Positions 23,667-36,594 of a stretch of DNA of 64,000 bases are shown one piece after another. The notes under the pieces were generated by a model. It was not told the DNA's origin. It ran no database searches and worked only from the letters and a program-made list of their open reading frames with translations. The DNA is from Heterodontus francisci. Lineage: Eukaryota. The first letter of the stretch is position 1; each line of letters opens with the position of its first letter. The stretch covers positions 31,156,430 through 31,220,429 of the forward strand of contig NC_090399.1 of the NCBI RefSeq assembly GCF_036365525.1. Direction: 5' to 3'. The translations under genes and the position numbers were made by a program.

Positions 23667-24534
23667 CTGCTTCTCTTTCCACAGATGCTGCCAGACCTGC
23701 TGAGTGGTTCCAGCATTTCTTGTTTTTATTTCAGATTTCCAGCATCCACACTATTTTGCTTTTATTATTGTAGTAAACCCGATGTGTTTTTACATCAATC
23801 TGGTAGTTTTATGATTGTTATTAAAGAGACTCACATTTTAGTCCAGATTTTATTCATCAATTGAGTTTAAGTTCCCCCCAGCTGGAGTGGTGGTATTTAA
23901 ATTTATGTTTCCAGAACATTATTCCGGGACTCTGGATTATTAGCCTAGTAATATTACCACTATGCTACCATCCCCTCTTATAATGTCCCCCATTTTGGAT
24001 TAACACTCAGAATAAATTCCTACCCCGCCACACTAAAAAAAAACACATTTTTTTCTGTAGGTGCTAGCAGATGGGATTAAAGTGGGTGGCTAGTTTTGTT
24101 CAGCTGGCGCAGAGAGAGTGGGCTGAATGGCTTCTTTCCGTGCTGTAAGTTTTCTGTGTCACCTTGATTGCGAAGGTTGCATGACTGGGTCTCAGGATGC
24201 GCATCCTTTCTTTTCATTAATTCATACAGGTAACCTTTCTAACCCATCCTGAATTTCCCTGAAAATATTTTGGCAGGCTTTTTCTTGAAGCAGCTGCTGT
24301 TATAACTGCGTATCTCGGACTTAACAGAGTATCATGAGTCAAACAAAGTTACTTGCAGGTGAAAGCATGATGCTATATTCCCAGTTGAGTTTTTCCAGAA
24401 TTCTGTAACTTCCATAGCCATTCCCCCATTGTCAGATTATCATAGTCATTAAATTTAACTTCACAACTAACTAGAGTAGAGTTTTAACTGACAACCACTG
24501 TGTTGCTCGCCCAGTACCTTCTCTACAGTATTGG

Positions 24535-25090
24535 TGGCCTGATTTAAGGAAGGATGTAAATGGGTTGGAAACAGTTCAGAGAAGGTTTACTTGACTAATA
24601 CCTTTAATGAGCGGATTGTCTTATGAGGGAAGTTTGGGCAGGCTTGTCTTGTATCTGCTGGTTTACTAATGTCTTTCACAGAAGGAAATTTAAAAGAGTA
24701 AGAGGCGACTTAATTGAAGCATATAAAATTCTGAGGGGATAGATGTGGAAAGGATGTTTTCCCATGTGGGAGAATCTGGATCTAAGGGTCACTATTTAGA
24801 AGTAAAGAGTCACCCATTTAAGACAGAGATGAAGAGAAATGTTTTCTCTCAGAGGGTTGTAAGTCTTTGGAACTCTCTTCCACAAAAGGTGCCAGAAACA
24901 GTCTCTGAATATTTTTAAGGCAGAGGCTGAGAGATTCTTGATGAGCAAGGGGGTGAAAGGTTAATGGGCATAGGCAAGAATGTGGAGTTGAGGCTACAAT
25001 CAGATCAGCCATTATCTTGCTAAATGGCGGATCAGGCTTGAGGGGCTGAGTCTCCTACTCCTGTTCCTAATTTGTATGCTCGTATGCTCG
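24535..25090 (+). mobile_element. CR1 3' fragment
   Basis: LETVQRRFT...RGDLIEAYKILRG-type sequence and a CR1 tail. Confidence 0.8.
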
Positions 25091-25234
25091 TACCGCACCA
25101 CTGTACCCATTTGCCAATGTACCCCTAGAGTTGCCAATTGGATACCTCGGACGTAATTACTCAATGTAATTCTTCTCACCACAATATTGAATAACTTTAA
25201 CACTTTTCAAACAGCAAAGATTAGACATCCTTAC

Positions 25235-25348
25235 CCTTCTTTCTGCGTAACTGCACACAGCGGAGTACAACGATTAGAAGGATACCTACTTCCACTGCTG
25301 CACTAATGAACAGGGTTAAAAATAGAGCCGTGGTAGATTTAGTTTTCC
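25235..25348 (-). CDS. ncr3: Transmembrane exon of the NCR3/NKp30-like receptor: (G)KTKSTTALFLTLFISAAVEVGILLIVVLRCVQLRRKK
   Basis: tgtgttctccatag|GG...AAGG|gtaagg. 114 nt, phase 1-1, a 22-aa hydrophobic helix followed by a basic stop-transfer. Not in the ORF track. Confidence 0.88.
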
Positions 25349-25894
25349 CTATGGAGAACACAACAAGTCAGATCGAAGCATTGAGACATAAGATCAGCAG
25401 CAGGCCGTTCGGCCCCTCGTATCTGTTCCATCTGAATCTTAATTCCTCTACCATCTTCATCCCACTTTTTAAAATATATAACTAACCAACAAGTTTGCTT
25501 TACAACGTGTGCTGCTTTTAATATAAAAGTTACTCCGCTATTTAAACACGAATTGGACAAAAAGGTGGTATCTTCCATGAAATACATCGCCCCATATTGA
25601 GTTCCACTGACTTTAGTAGCGCTGATTCGCACATGTGTGGTATAACGCAGTAAAAGCCAGCGCACCTGTTTTTTTGCCCCTATCCATGTCTAATTTCACC
25701 CCCAGTCTGTAACTGGTTATTTAATATGGTTAAGTATACTCCTCATTGCAGCTCAGGCTGATTCCGTCTTGAGTCCAACATGGGGCAGCCATTGTGACAG
25801 ACGCGCCAGTTGGGGATAGTGCCCCCACATTGTTCAGCAGATTCTCCCCAACCCCCATTGCTCAGTTGATATTGCAGATAGGAGAATGACTGAC

Positions 25895-26233
25895 CTCTCA
25901 CAGTGAGATTCGTTCCTGCTCCATATTCCTCGCCCAGTTGCATCATTTGCACTTTGCAGTAATACACCCCGGAATCATTCACTCTCACATCCGTTATTAT
26001 TATGGACGCATCTCCATGAAAGAAAGCCTCTTTTTGTTTGTAGATCCGTCCTCTGTACTGTGTTGTCCCATTGGAAACTTCAATGCCATTTCTGCTGTCC
26101 TTGTACCAACTATAAGACCCTATCGCCTTGGAGAGGTTGGCTGCGTATGTGCAGGGGAGGAAGACTGTCTGTCCTATATCTGCCAGAATCCTGGGCACCT
26201 TTTGAATAACTGTGAACTTCTCAGTGTTAATTC
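25895..26233 (-). CDS. ncr3: VJ-type Ig V-set domain exon, NKp30/NCR3-like
   Basis: tttactgatttccag|...AGAG|gtcagt. 339 nt, phase 1-1. FLPC..AIGSYSWYKD..G.EVSNGT..YRGR..DVRVNDSGVYYC..LG..YGAGTNLTV mirrors human NKp30 motifs as recalled (FLPC, AIGSVTW, EVRNGT, DVR, G.GT.L.V). Confidence 0.92.
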
Positions 26234-26279
26234 CTGGAAATCAGTAAAAGAAATTCTCTGCTATTTGATTGCAAGTTGG

Positions 26280-27090
26280 AACTTTGAAAGATGACATTAG
26301 CTTGGTCAAAGAAGTAGGTTTTAAGGGTTCACCTAAAAGGAGGAAAGCGGGCTGGAGAGCGGGAGGGAGGAAATTCCAGAGCTTGGGGCTGAAGCAACTG
26401 AAGGCACGACCACAAATGGTGGAGCAATTAAAATCGGGGATGCTGAAGAGGCCAGAGTTACTGGAGCGCAGATATCTCCAACGGTGGTGGGGCTGCAGGG
26501 GATTACAGAGATAGGGAGGGGTGAAGTCATGGAGGGGTTGAAAACCAGCATGAGAATTTAAAAATCGAGGCATTGTTTAATCCAGAGCCAACGTAGGTCA
26601 GCGAACACAGGGGTGGTAGGGGAACGGGAGTTGGTGCGAGTAAGAATACATGCAGCAGGTTTTTGGATGACCTCATGTTTACAGAAGGTGGAATGTGGAA
26701 GGCCATTGGAATAGTCAAGTCTAGAGGTAACAAAGGAATGGATGACGGTTTCAGCAGCTGATGAATTGGCATGGTGCAAATTTTGACAATTTAACAGGGT
26801 GAATATAGGTGATCTAAGTAACATGTAGCATATGTAGTCAGACGCTCATTGTAGGGTCAGATACGACACCAAGATTATGAGCAGTCGGGTTCAGCCTCAA
26901 ACACTTGCCAGAGAGAGGAATGACTTTGGTAGCTAGGGAACAGAATTTATAGTGGGGATTGAAGCAAATGGCTTCAGCCTTCACAACATTTAACGAGAGG
27001 AAATTTCTGTTCACCCAGTACTGAATGTCAGACCAACAGTCTGATAATGTAGCAACAGCAGAGGAGTCAATAGCGGTGATGGTGCGGTTG
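26280..27090 (-). mobile_element. L2-clade LINE 3' fragment in the leader-V intron
   Basis: AETVIHSFVTSRLDYSNG, TPVFADLRWL and GRAFSCFSPKLWN in ORFs 26558-26824 and 26241-26573. Confidence 0.85.
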
Positions 27091-27200
27091 AATAAATGAC
27101 ATCTTGGGCATTACAGCAGAAAGTGATTGAGCAGTGCATTTTTTCACAGTCACCGAAGACAGACCTATACCCCTTAAGAAACAATGGAATGTCCACTTAC

Positions 27201-27243
27201 CCGAGAGGGCAGCCAATATCCATAGGGTGGGGCTTGGACTCAT
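27201..27243 (-). CDS. ncr3: Leader (signal peptide) exon MSPSPTLWILAALS(G)
   Basis: ATG at 27243 in gaaATG context. A perfect G|gtaagt donor in phase 1 matches the V exon. An acceptor ccactgcag| at 27247 implies upstream UTR exons. Confidence 0.8.
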
Positions 27244-27859
27244 TTCCCTGCAGTGGAATGACGGATACATCAGACAAAACATGAAGTTAACAGTCGAAGT
27301 TAGGAAACGAAAATACCACATTGCAATTGGGATAGTGAAGACCACCGAAGGTGAGAACTGGGGCGGGGATGGGGGGCTTGTGTTTTCTCCTTGAGTGCAA
27401 CCCCTAGAAATTGCAGCCAGAGTTGTGCCCAATGTTGCACCCATGCTGCCGTTGTTCTAGTTACGCCCAAGTATGCACTCAATCTCACTAAAATATGCCC
27501 GAATTTAAAATGGTTATAAATCAACATCGTTGACTAAGGAAACTCCTGAACCCAAAGCAGAATATTTCATATTTGGGGATTAAAATTACAGTTTCAACTC
27601 ATTGATCCACCGTTCATGCACAACAGGCACAGAATTTTATAAAGGATCTGCTGATCGGGGAAGTTTTTCAACTTCTAATATGACATTTACTTCGCTATAA
27701 AAATGCATCAAAAGAAAGGCAAACTACAATGCCGATCTCACTGAGGACATGTTTATTTTTTTAAAAAAAAGCATAAATGCAATAAAAAGGTACTATAAAA
27801 TGATTGTTTTCTGAACTGCCTGAAAATGTGAGCCAGCCAATTCAATTGGAGGATGTTAC

Positions 27860-29402
27860 CTCAGATTTGACAGTCTGGATGTAACCAGTTTGGTGTGGAT
27901 AATCTGGTTGGAAGGGAAAGTTTACTGGAACATAAAGTAAGGAGGACAATTGTGCATGTTGTAGCTACAGTCATAACTCACTTGCGCCTAAATTTCCACG
28001 ATGGTTTGAATCACACAATTGGCGTGTGTCAAGAATAGATGTGCATCTGGGTGCAAATGTGGCGGAAATTCTTCCTCTCTGTCTAGACATTTGCTACCTT
28101 TGCTGTGGTTGAGCAGCCATGCTGAATGGGACGGATTGAGAAATGATGTTGGGTGTGAGGATATATCTTGAAGTTCCACTGTTGAATTAAATGTTTGTTC
28201 ACTAGCAACCTCACTGGATGCTGAGGCACCCGTCTCACCAGCCACTCTGTTGTAGTTTATTCAGGGCCGGCTGTACTCAGCCACTTTTGGGGACCAGACG
28301 CAGAGACAAATAAATGGAAGGGTTTAAAAAACTTTAATGTTGATTAGAAATAAGCCATGAGGATTTGAAAATAGAAAATACTGTCAAATTAAAATTTGCA
28401 ATATGTCAGAGACGCATAATATGCAATAAAGTAAGTCACTTTCTATGTTCTTTCCAACCTCTTAATCGTAAAAAAACCCCACAAATTATTGTTGTGATAT
28501 TGTTCACCTGATATGTAATGGTGAAACTTTCCTCCGTTCATAATTTTAGCAGAAATTTCAACCAGATTAGATTAAAGTGGCGACATTAGGTTAAAGAACA
28601 ATCGAAATTATACCACTGAATACAACTTTCCTCGCTAGATTAAAGACAGAAATATAAAATAAGATTGAGGCCATTACCTGGATAACAACTTTTAAAATGA
28701 CAGCCAGCTCTTCTGCCAACACCGGTTGACTTAATGAAAATAAACACAGGGAATATCTGGAATTAAAACAGAAACTGCACAAACCGTCCAGTAGCCCAGT
28801 CAGTCAAACTAACGCTGATATCCTTCACCTGGATAAAAATAAAATCCAACAGCGTTATGAATATTTCTTGAACCCCGAGTCCCGAGCAATCATCCAGTTC
28901 TGCTCATCCCCAAACCAGCTTCCTTCTCATACAATCTGTTCTACCTTCCCAGTATATCCCGGGGTAAAGACAGTTATTTCTGAAGGCTGTTGATTTTTGC
29001 ACATAAATCGTATAATTGTTGCTTGAAAACCTTATCTGCAGACATTCTTCCTGGACGATGTGAGCTTGTTCGCAGGAGACCCCGCCTCTCCTGGACGCTG
29101 ATCAACCCAGCTCGCTTGCAGGTGTTTTATTTAACAAACTTTGCAATGAGCTCCGCTTCTGAACCCAACACTTTACACTTCTGCAATTTAGAGTAGCCGA
29201 GTTTCCACGCATATTTTCGCCGTGTCCAGAAATAAACACGCCTGTTCTGCTTCGAATGCGGTTTGAATGACTGATGACAGGAGAATCACTCACTCTATTT
29301 TAATCCATCAAGCGGCCGGCTTGACACAAGCACAGAACCCATATCTTCATCATCTTCAGAGACCGGCTTTGTCTATCGATTATTTTAGCAAAATCTAATT
29401 TC
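27860..29402 (-). other. Candidate non-coding 5' UTR exons (27860-27903, 27982-~28283, 28678-28756, 29294-29402)
   Basis: Each is bounded by AG and GT consensus on the minus strand (e.g. ttccaaccag|..GAG|gtaaca; ttaattccag|..CAG|gtaatg; tgtgttcag|..|gtgagt). No continuous frame into the leader. Confidence 0.35.
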
Positions 29403-29524
29403 CTGAACACAAGTCAAGGGCAGTAAGAAAACCCCCGAGAATAAGCAGAATGCCAAATTGCGGGGGTGGGGGAGTCATCAATAGTACAGCATATTCAGAG
29501 ACATAATCATAAATAGATTGATAT

Positions 29525-31754
29525 TCACGCATGCACACACACACACACACGCACACACACACAGTGGCACAGATATTCACGCAGATAGGCACACACACAC
29601 ACACAATGATATAGATATTCACTCAGATAGACACACACGCACACACACACTATGGAAGAGATATTCACACCGATAGACATATTCACACTGTGGCAGGAAT
29701 ATGCACACAGATAGACACACACACTGTGCAAGAGATATTCAAACACACATACAGTGAAACAGATATTCACATAGGTAGACACACTCATACTGTGGCGGAA
29801 ATATTCACAGAGGTGACACACGCACTGTGACAGATATATTCACATAGATAGACACACACACACACACACTGTCAGAGATATTCACACAGATAGACACATA
29901 TACTGTGGCTGAATATTCACATAGATAGACGCAACTATGGCAGAGATATTCACACAGATAGATACACACACCCACTGTGACAGCGATATTCACACAGATG
30001 GACACGCACAAACTGTGGCAGGATATCCACTCAGATAGACAAACACGGTGACAGTGATAAATGCACAGATAAACATTAAAAAAACTGTGTGAGAGATATT
30101 CACTCAGATAGACATACACTGTGTGAGAGAGATTCACTCAGATGGACACACACATACTGTGCCAGAGATATTCACTCAGATGGCAACAGACACGCTGTGC
30201 CAGAACATTCACTCAGATGGACAAGCACGGTGACAGAGATAATTACACAGATAAACATAAACAAACAATGGGAGAGATATTCACACAAATAGAGACAAGC
30301 ACTGCGACAGACACAGATAGAAGCACTGAGAAAATAACACAGATATTCACTCAGAAAAACGCACACACAATCTGCCAGAGATATTCACAGCGATAGACAC
30401 ACTTATACTGTGACAGAGATATTCACACAGATGGCCACACACTACGAAAGAGATATTCACTCGGATGGACACACGCACACTGTGTCAGAGTTATACACAC
30501 AGTTAAACACACACACAGACTGTGACAGAGATATTCACACAGATGGACACGCGCACACTGTGCCAGATTTATACACACCATTAGACACACACACACAGTG
30601 TGACAGAGATATTCACACAGATGGACACACGCACACTGTGCCAGATTTATACACACAAGACACACACAAGCTGTGGCAGAGATATTCACACACATACACA
30701 CACAGAGACAGACAGACAGACACACACACACACACACACATATTAACACAAATATAAACACACACAATGTGCCAGAGATATTCACACAGATAGAGACACA
30801 CACTTTGTGGAAGAATATTCACTCAGGTAGACCATCATGGTGACAGTGATATTTGCACAGATAGATATAAACAAATTGCGTGAGAGATATTCACACAGAT
30901 AGACACATACTGTGACAGAGATATTCACACAGATAGACACATACTGTGACAGAGATATTCACACAGATAGACACACTCACACTGTGACAGAGATATTTAC
31001 ACAGATAGACACACTCATACTGTTAAAGTGATATTCACACAGATAGATACACACTGTGACAGAAATATTTGCACAGTTAGAGACACTCACACAGTGACAG
31101 AAATATTCACAGAGATATACACAGACACTGTGGCAGTGATATTCACACAGAATGACACACACTGAGCAGAGATATTGACAAACACATACATACACACCCA
31201 AACACACTTACACAATGACACAGATATTCACTCAAATATATACACACACAATGTGGGCATTGATATTTACACAGTTAGATACAAACACTGTGGGAGAGAT
31301 ATTCACTTAGCTAAACAAACATACACTGTGGCACAGATATTCACACACACACACAAACACACACAAACACACACACACACACACACATAGTGACAGAGAT
31401 ATTCACATAGATGGACACACTCTCACTGTGGGAGTGATATTCACACTGATAGACGCACTCACACTGTGGCGGAATATTCACAGATGTAGCCATACACACT
31501 GTGGCAGAGATATTCACACAGACAGACAAACACACACTGTGGGAGAGATATTCCCACAGACAAGCACTGTGACAGAGATATTCACACGATAGACACACAA
31601 TGTGGCAGAATAGTCACTCAGATAGACACACACCGTGACAGAAATATTTGCACAGTTGGAGACACTCACACTGAGACAGAAATATTCACACAGGTAGTCA
31701 CTGACACTGTGGCAGTGATATTCACACAAAAGACACACACTGAGCAGAGATATT

Positions 31755-31802
<48 letters not shown>

Positions 31803-31960
31803 ATGGCACAGATATTCACTCAAATATACACACACACAATGTGTTAGAGATATTCACACAGATACACACACACACTGTGGCAGTGATATTTACACAGTTA
31901 GATACAAATACTGTGGGAGAGATATTCACTCAGTACACAAACATACACTGTAGCAGAGAT

Positions 31961-31995
<35 letters not shown>

Positions 31996-34900
31996 GACAG
32001 AGATATTCACATAGAGGGACACACTCTCACTGTGGCAGAGATATTCATACAGATAGACAGATAAACACACTGTGGGAGAGAGATTCCAACAGACAGTCAC
32101 AAGCACTGTGACAGACATATTCACATAGATAGACACAGACACTCTGTCCGAGATAGTCACACAGATAGACACACATACTGTGGAGGAATTTTCGCTCAGA
32201 TAGACACAACTGTGGCAGAGATATTGACTCAATCAGACATGCACAAACTGTGGCAGAGATATTCACACAGATAGTCAGACACACTGTGGCAGACATATTC
32301 ACTATTATAGACACAAACATATTGTGATAGAATAAACACGGTGACAGAGATAATTACACAGACAGACATATACAAACTGTGTGAGAGTTATTAACACAGA
32401 CAGACACACATTGCGACAGAGATATTCTCACAGATAGACACACACACACTGTGGTAGAGATATTCACACAGATAGACAGGCACACTGTGGCAGACATATT
32501 CACTCAGATAGACACAAACATATTGTGATAGAATAAACACGGTGACAGAGATAATTACACAGACAGACATATACAAACTGTGTGAGAGTTATTAACACAG
32601 ACAGACACACATTGCGACAGAGATATTCTCACAGATAGACACACACACACTGTGGCAGAGATATTCACACAGATAGACAGACACACTGTGGCAGACATAT
32701 TCACTCAGATGGACACAAACATATTGTGATAGACTAAACACGGTGACAGAGATAATTACACAGACAGACATATACAAACTGTGTGAGAGTTATTAACACA
32801 GACAGACACACATTGCGACAGAGATATTCTCACAGATAGACACACACACACTGTGGCAGAGATATTCACACAGATAGACACACACACTGTGGCAGACATA
32901 TTCACTCAGATAGACACAAACATATTGTGATAGAATAAACACGGTGACGGAGATAATTACACAGACAGACATATACAAACTGTGTGAGAGTTATTAACAC
33001 AGACAGACACACATTGCGACAGAGATATTCTCACAGATAGACACACACACACTGTGGCAGGGATATTCACACAAAAAGACACACATACACTGTGTCAGAG
33101 ATATTCACACACACACACACAATGACACAGATATTCACTCAAATATACACACACACAATAGGTAAATTGGCCGTTGTAAATTGCCCCGAGTATAGGGAGG
33201 TGATAGGGAATATGGGATTACTGTAGGGTTAGTATAAATGGGTGGTTGTTGGTCGGCACAGACTCGGAGGGCCGAAGGGCCTGTTTCAGTGCTGTATCTC
33301 TAAATAAATAAATAAATAAATAACAATGTGCCAGAGATATTGACACAGATAGACAAACACACTGTGGCAGAATAATAACTCAGATAAACAAACACGTTGG
33401 CAGCGATAATTGCACAAATAAACATAAGCCAATTGTGTGAGTGATATTCACTCAGATAGACACATACTATGACAGAGATATCCACATAGATAGACGTTCT
33501 CACACCGTGGCAGAGATATTCACACAGATAAACACACTTACTGTGCCAGAGATATACACACATTTTGACAGACAGACACACTGTGACAAAGATATTCACA
33601 CAGATAGAGACACATACACTGTGGCAGAATATTCACTCAGATGTACACACACTTACTGTGCCAGAGATATACACACAGGTTGACAGACATACACACTGTG
33701 ACAGAGATATTCACACAGATAGACACACACACACACTGCGGCAGAATATTCACTCAGATGGACAAGCACGGTGACAGAGATAATTACACAGATAGACACA
33801 CACACCCACTGTGACAGATATTCACATGGATAGACACACGCTGTGACAGAGATATTCACACAGATAAACACACTCACTCTGTGACAGAGAAATTCACTCA
33901 GATGGACACACACATACTGTGCCAGAGATATACACATAGACTGACAGACACACACACTGTGACAGAGCTATTCACACAGATAGACACCCATACACTGTGG
34001 CAGAATATTAACTCAGATGGACAAGCACTGTGCCAGAGATATACACACAGATAGACACACACACCCACTGTGACAGATATTCACATGGATAGACACACAC
34101 ACACACTGCGGCAGAATATTAACTCAGATGGACAAGCACTGTGCCAGAGATATACACACAGGTTGACAGACATACACACTGTGACAGAGATATTCACACA
34201 GATAGACACACACACACACTGCGGCAGAATATTCACTCAGATGGACAAGCACTGTGCCAGAGATATACACACAGATAGACACACACACCCACTGTGACAG
34301 ATATTCACATGGATAGACACACGCTGTGACAGAGATATTCACACAGATAAACACACTCACTCTGTGACAGGGAAATTCACTCAGATGGACACACACATAC
34401 TGTGCCAGAGATATACACATAGACTGACAGACACACACACTGTGACAGAGCTATTCACACAGATAGACACCCATACACTGTGGCAGAATATTAACTCAGA
34501 TGGACAAGCACGGTGAGAGAGATAATTACACAGATAGGCATAAACAAACAGTATGAGAGATGTTAACACAGATAGACACACACTTTAACAGAGATCTTCA
34601 CATAGATAGACACTCTCACAATGTGACTGAGATATTCACACAGATGGCCACACACTATGGCAGAGATGTTCACAGATATACACTCTCATACTGTGACAGA
34701 GATATTCACACGGATAGACAAAGACACTGTGGCAGAGATAGTCACACACTCACACACACACACAAAATGACACAGATATTCACTCAAATATACACACACA
34801 CAATGTGCCAGTGATAGTCACACAGATCGACACACACACTGTGGCAGAATATTCACTGAGACAAACAAACACGGTGAAAGTGATAATTGCACAGATAGAC

Positions 34901-35855
34901 ATAAACAAACTGTGTGAGAGATATTCACACAGATAGACACACACTGTGACAGTGATATTCACACAGATAAACACACTCACACTGTGACAGAGATAGTCAC
35001 ACTGTTGGCCATGCACTATGACAGAGAAATTCACTCAGAGGGACACACATGTAGTGTGCAAGAGATATACACACAGATTGAGAGACACACATTGTAACAG
35101 TGATATTCACACAGATAAACACACTCACAGCGTGACAGAGATAGTCACACAGGTGGCCACGCACTATGACAGAGATATTCACTCAGATGGACACACACAT
35201 AATGTGCCAGATAAATACACACAGATTGATAGACACACACTGCGACAGAGATATTCACACAGATATATACGCACACACGTTGGCATAGATAATTACACAG
35301 ATAGACATAAACAAACTGTGTGAGAGATATTCACACAGATAGACATGCACTGTGACAGAGATATTCACTCAGTTAGACACATTCATACTGTGACAGAGAT
35401 ATTCACACAGATGACCAGACACTATGACAGAGATATTCAATCAGATGGGCACACACACACTGTGCCAGAGACATTCACTCAGATAGACACACACAGTGAC
35501 TGAGATAATTACACAGATAGACAGAAACAAACTGTGTGAGAGATTTTCACTCAGATAGACACACACTGTGACAGAGATATTCACACAGATAGATAGACTC
35601 GCACTGTGACAGAAATTTTCACACCGATAGACGCACTCATACTGTGACAGATATTCACACAGATGGCCACAAACTGTGACAGAGATATTCACTCTGATGG
35701 ACATGCACACACTCTGTGCCAGAGATACACACACAGATAGACCCTCACACACTGTGGCAGAATATTCACTACATAAACAAACACGGTGACAGAGATAATT
35801 ACACAGGTTGACTTATACAAACAATGTGAGAACTATTCACACATGTAGACACACT
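29525..35855. repeat. Complex CA-rich satellite, ~30-35-bp monomer (cacactgtgacagagatattcacacagataga), with higher-order repeats
   Basis: The monomer recurs for ~6.3 kb. Near-identical 201-bp blocks at ~32270-33060 (ORF track repeats at 32391, 32592, 32793) and a ~480-bp duplication at ~33640-34510. Confidence 0.95.
33160..33322 (+). mobile_element. 5'-truncated V-SINE inserted in the satellite
   Basis: Matches the 3' half of the SINEs at 16096-16774. (TAAA)n tail, acaat on both sides. Confidence 0.85.
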
Positions 35856-36265
35856 TGCAGATGGCGTTGCAGCCTGAAAACCTGCAGGGGAGGAGCAACC
35901 TCACATCTTCAAACCAACACCCCAGTTATTGGCTGCAAGGGTGAAAAGGAGACCACGAATTTCGGTGATGACCTCCGAATCCCATTTCCCATAAGAGATT
36001 AATTGCCCCACGTTTTCGAAAATAACTGGACGAACCTGGGATGTAGAATGGGTTGTCTGGGAATTAAGATAAACATGAACCAGCATCTAATTGAATGGTA
36101 GAATAGGCTCGAGGGGCTGAATGGCCCCCTCCTGATCTTATGCTCCTGTGAGTAAACACAGATCTACATGATGCTATGACCTGTGGAGCATGTCAGCTCC
36201 TCGCCTGCTGGGAATATTGTTGAAATGAAAATTGAAAATTCTGCAGATGCACGTGTTTTTATGTA

Positions 36266-36582
36266 TTAAACAGAAATTGTTGGAAATACTCAGCAGGTCT
36301 AACAGCATACATGTAGAGATAAATAGAGTAAACGTTTTAAGTCTATGACCTTTCATCAGAATTGCAAGGTCAAAGAAACAAACGGAAATCCCGTCGGACA
36401 GAAAACCAGAACTTGTTCAAGGTAGGCACTCCTGAAGAGAAGTGGCAGTGGATCAAAAACCAAAATAAAAGCAAAATACTGCGGATACTGGAAATCTGAA
36501 AAGGAAACCAAAATACTCAGCAGGTTTGGCAGCATCTGTGGAGAGAGAAACAGAGTTAGGTCTGTGGCCTTTCATCAGAACT
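36266..36582 (-). mobile_element. Two decayed PLE terminal fragments with hammerhead relics
   Basis: tactcagcaggt...cagcat...tttcatcagaa occurs twice. The minus strand contains CTGATGA. Confidence 0.65.
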
Positions 36583-36594
36583 GTTTTATGATGT

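Larger units (their letters stand above)
20614..23769 (+). mobile_element. Penelope-like retroelement with an ~820-bp inverted 5' copy of its 3' end
   Basis: 20614-21433 is the reverse complement of ~22911-23733. 13-bp TSD gtagtaaacccga (20601-20613 / 23770-23782). RT and GIY-YIG coding region. Confidence 0.95.

Noticed and set aside
20614-23769. DNA transposon with long TIRs
   Set aside because: It encodes PLE RT and GIY-YIG. The inverted arm is an inverted copy of the 3' end, not a TIR.
27011-27196. LLTPLLLLHY...G segment as an alternative leader
   Set aside because: It lies in the L2 fragment. 27201-27243 has an ATG, a perfect donor and the right phase.
29395-35752. Many Cys/Val- or Thr/His-rich ORFs; regular repeats superficially like a CRISPR array
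   Set aside because: Translations of a CA/TG satellite. No unique spacers, and the context is eukaryotic.
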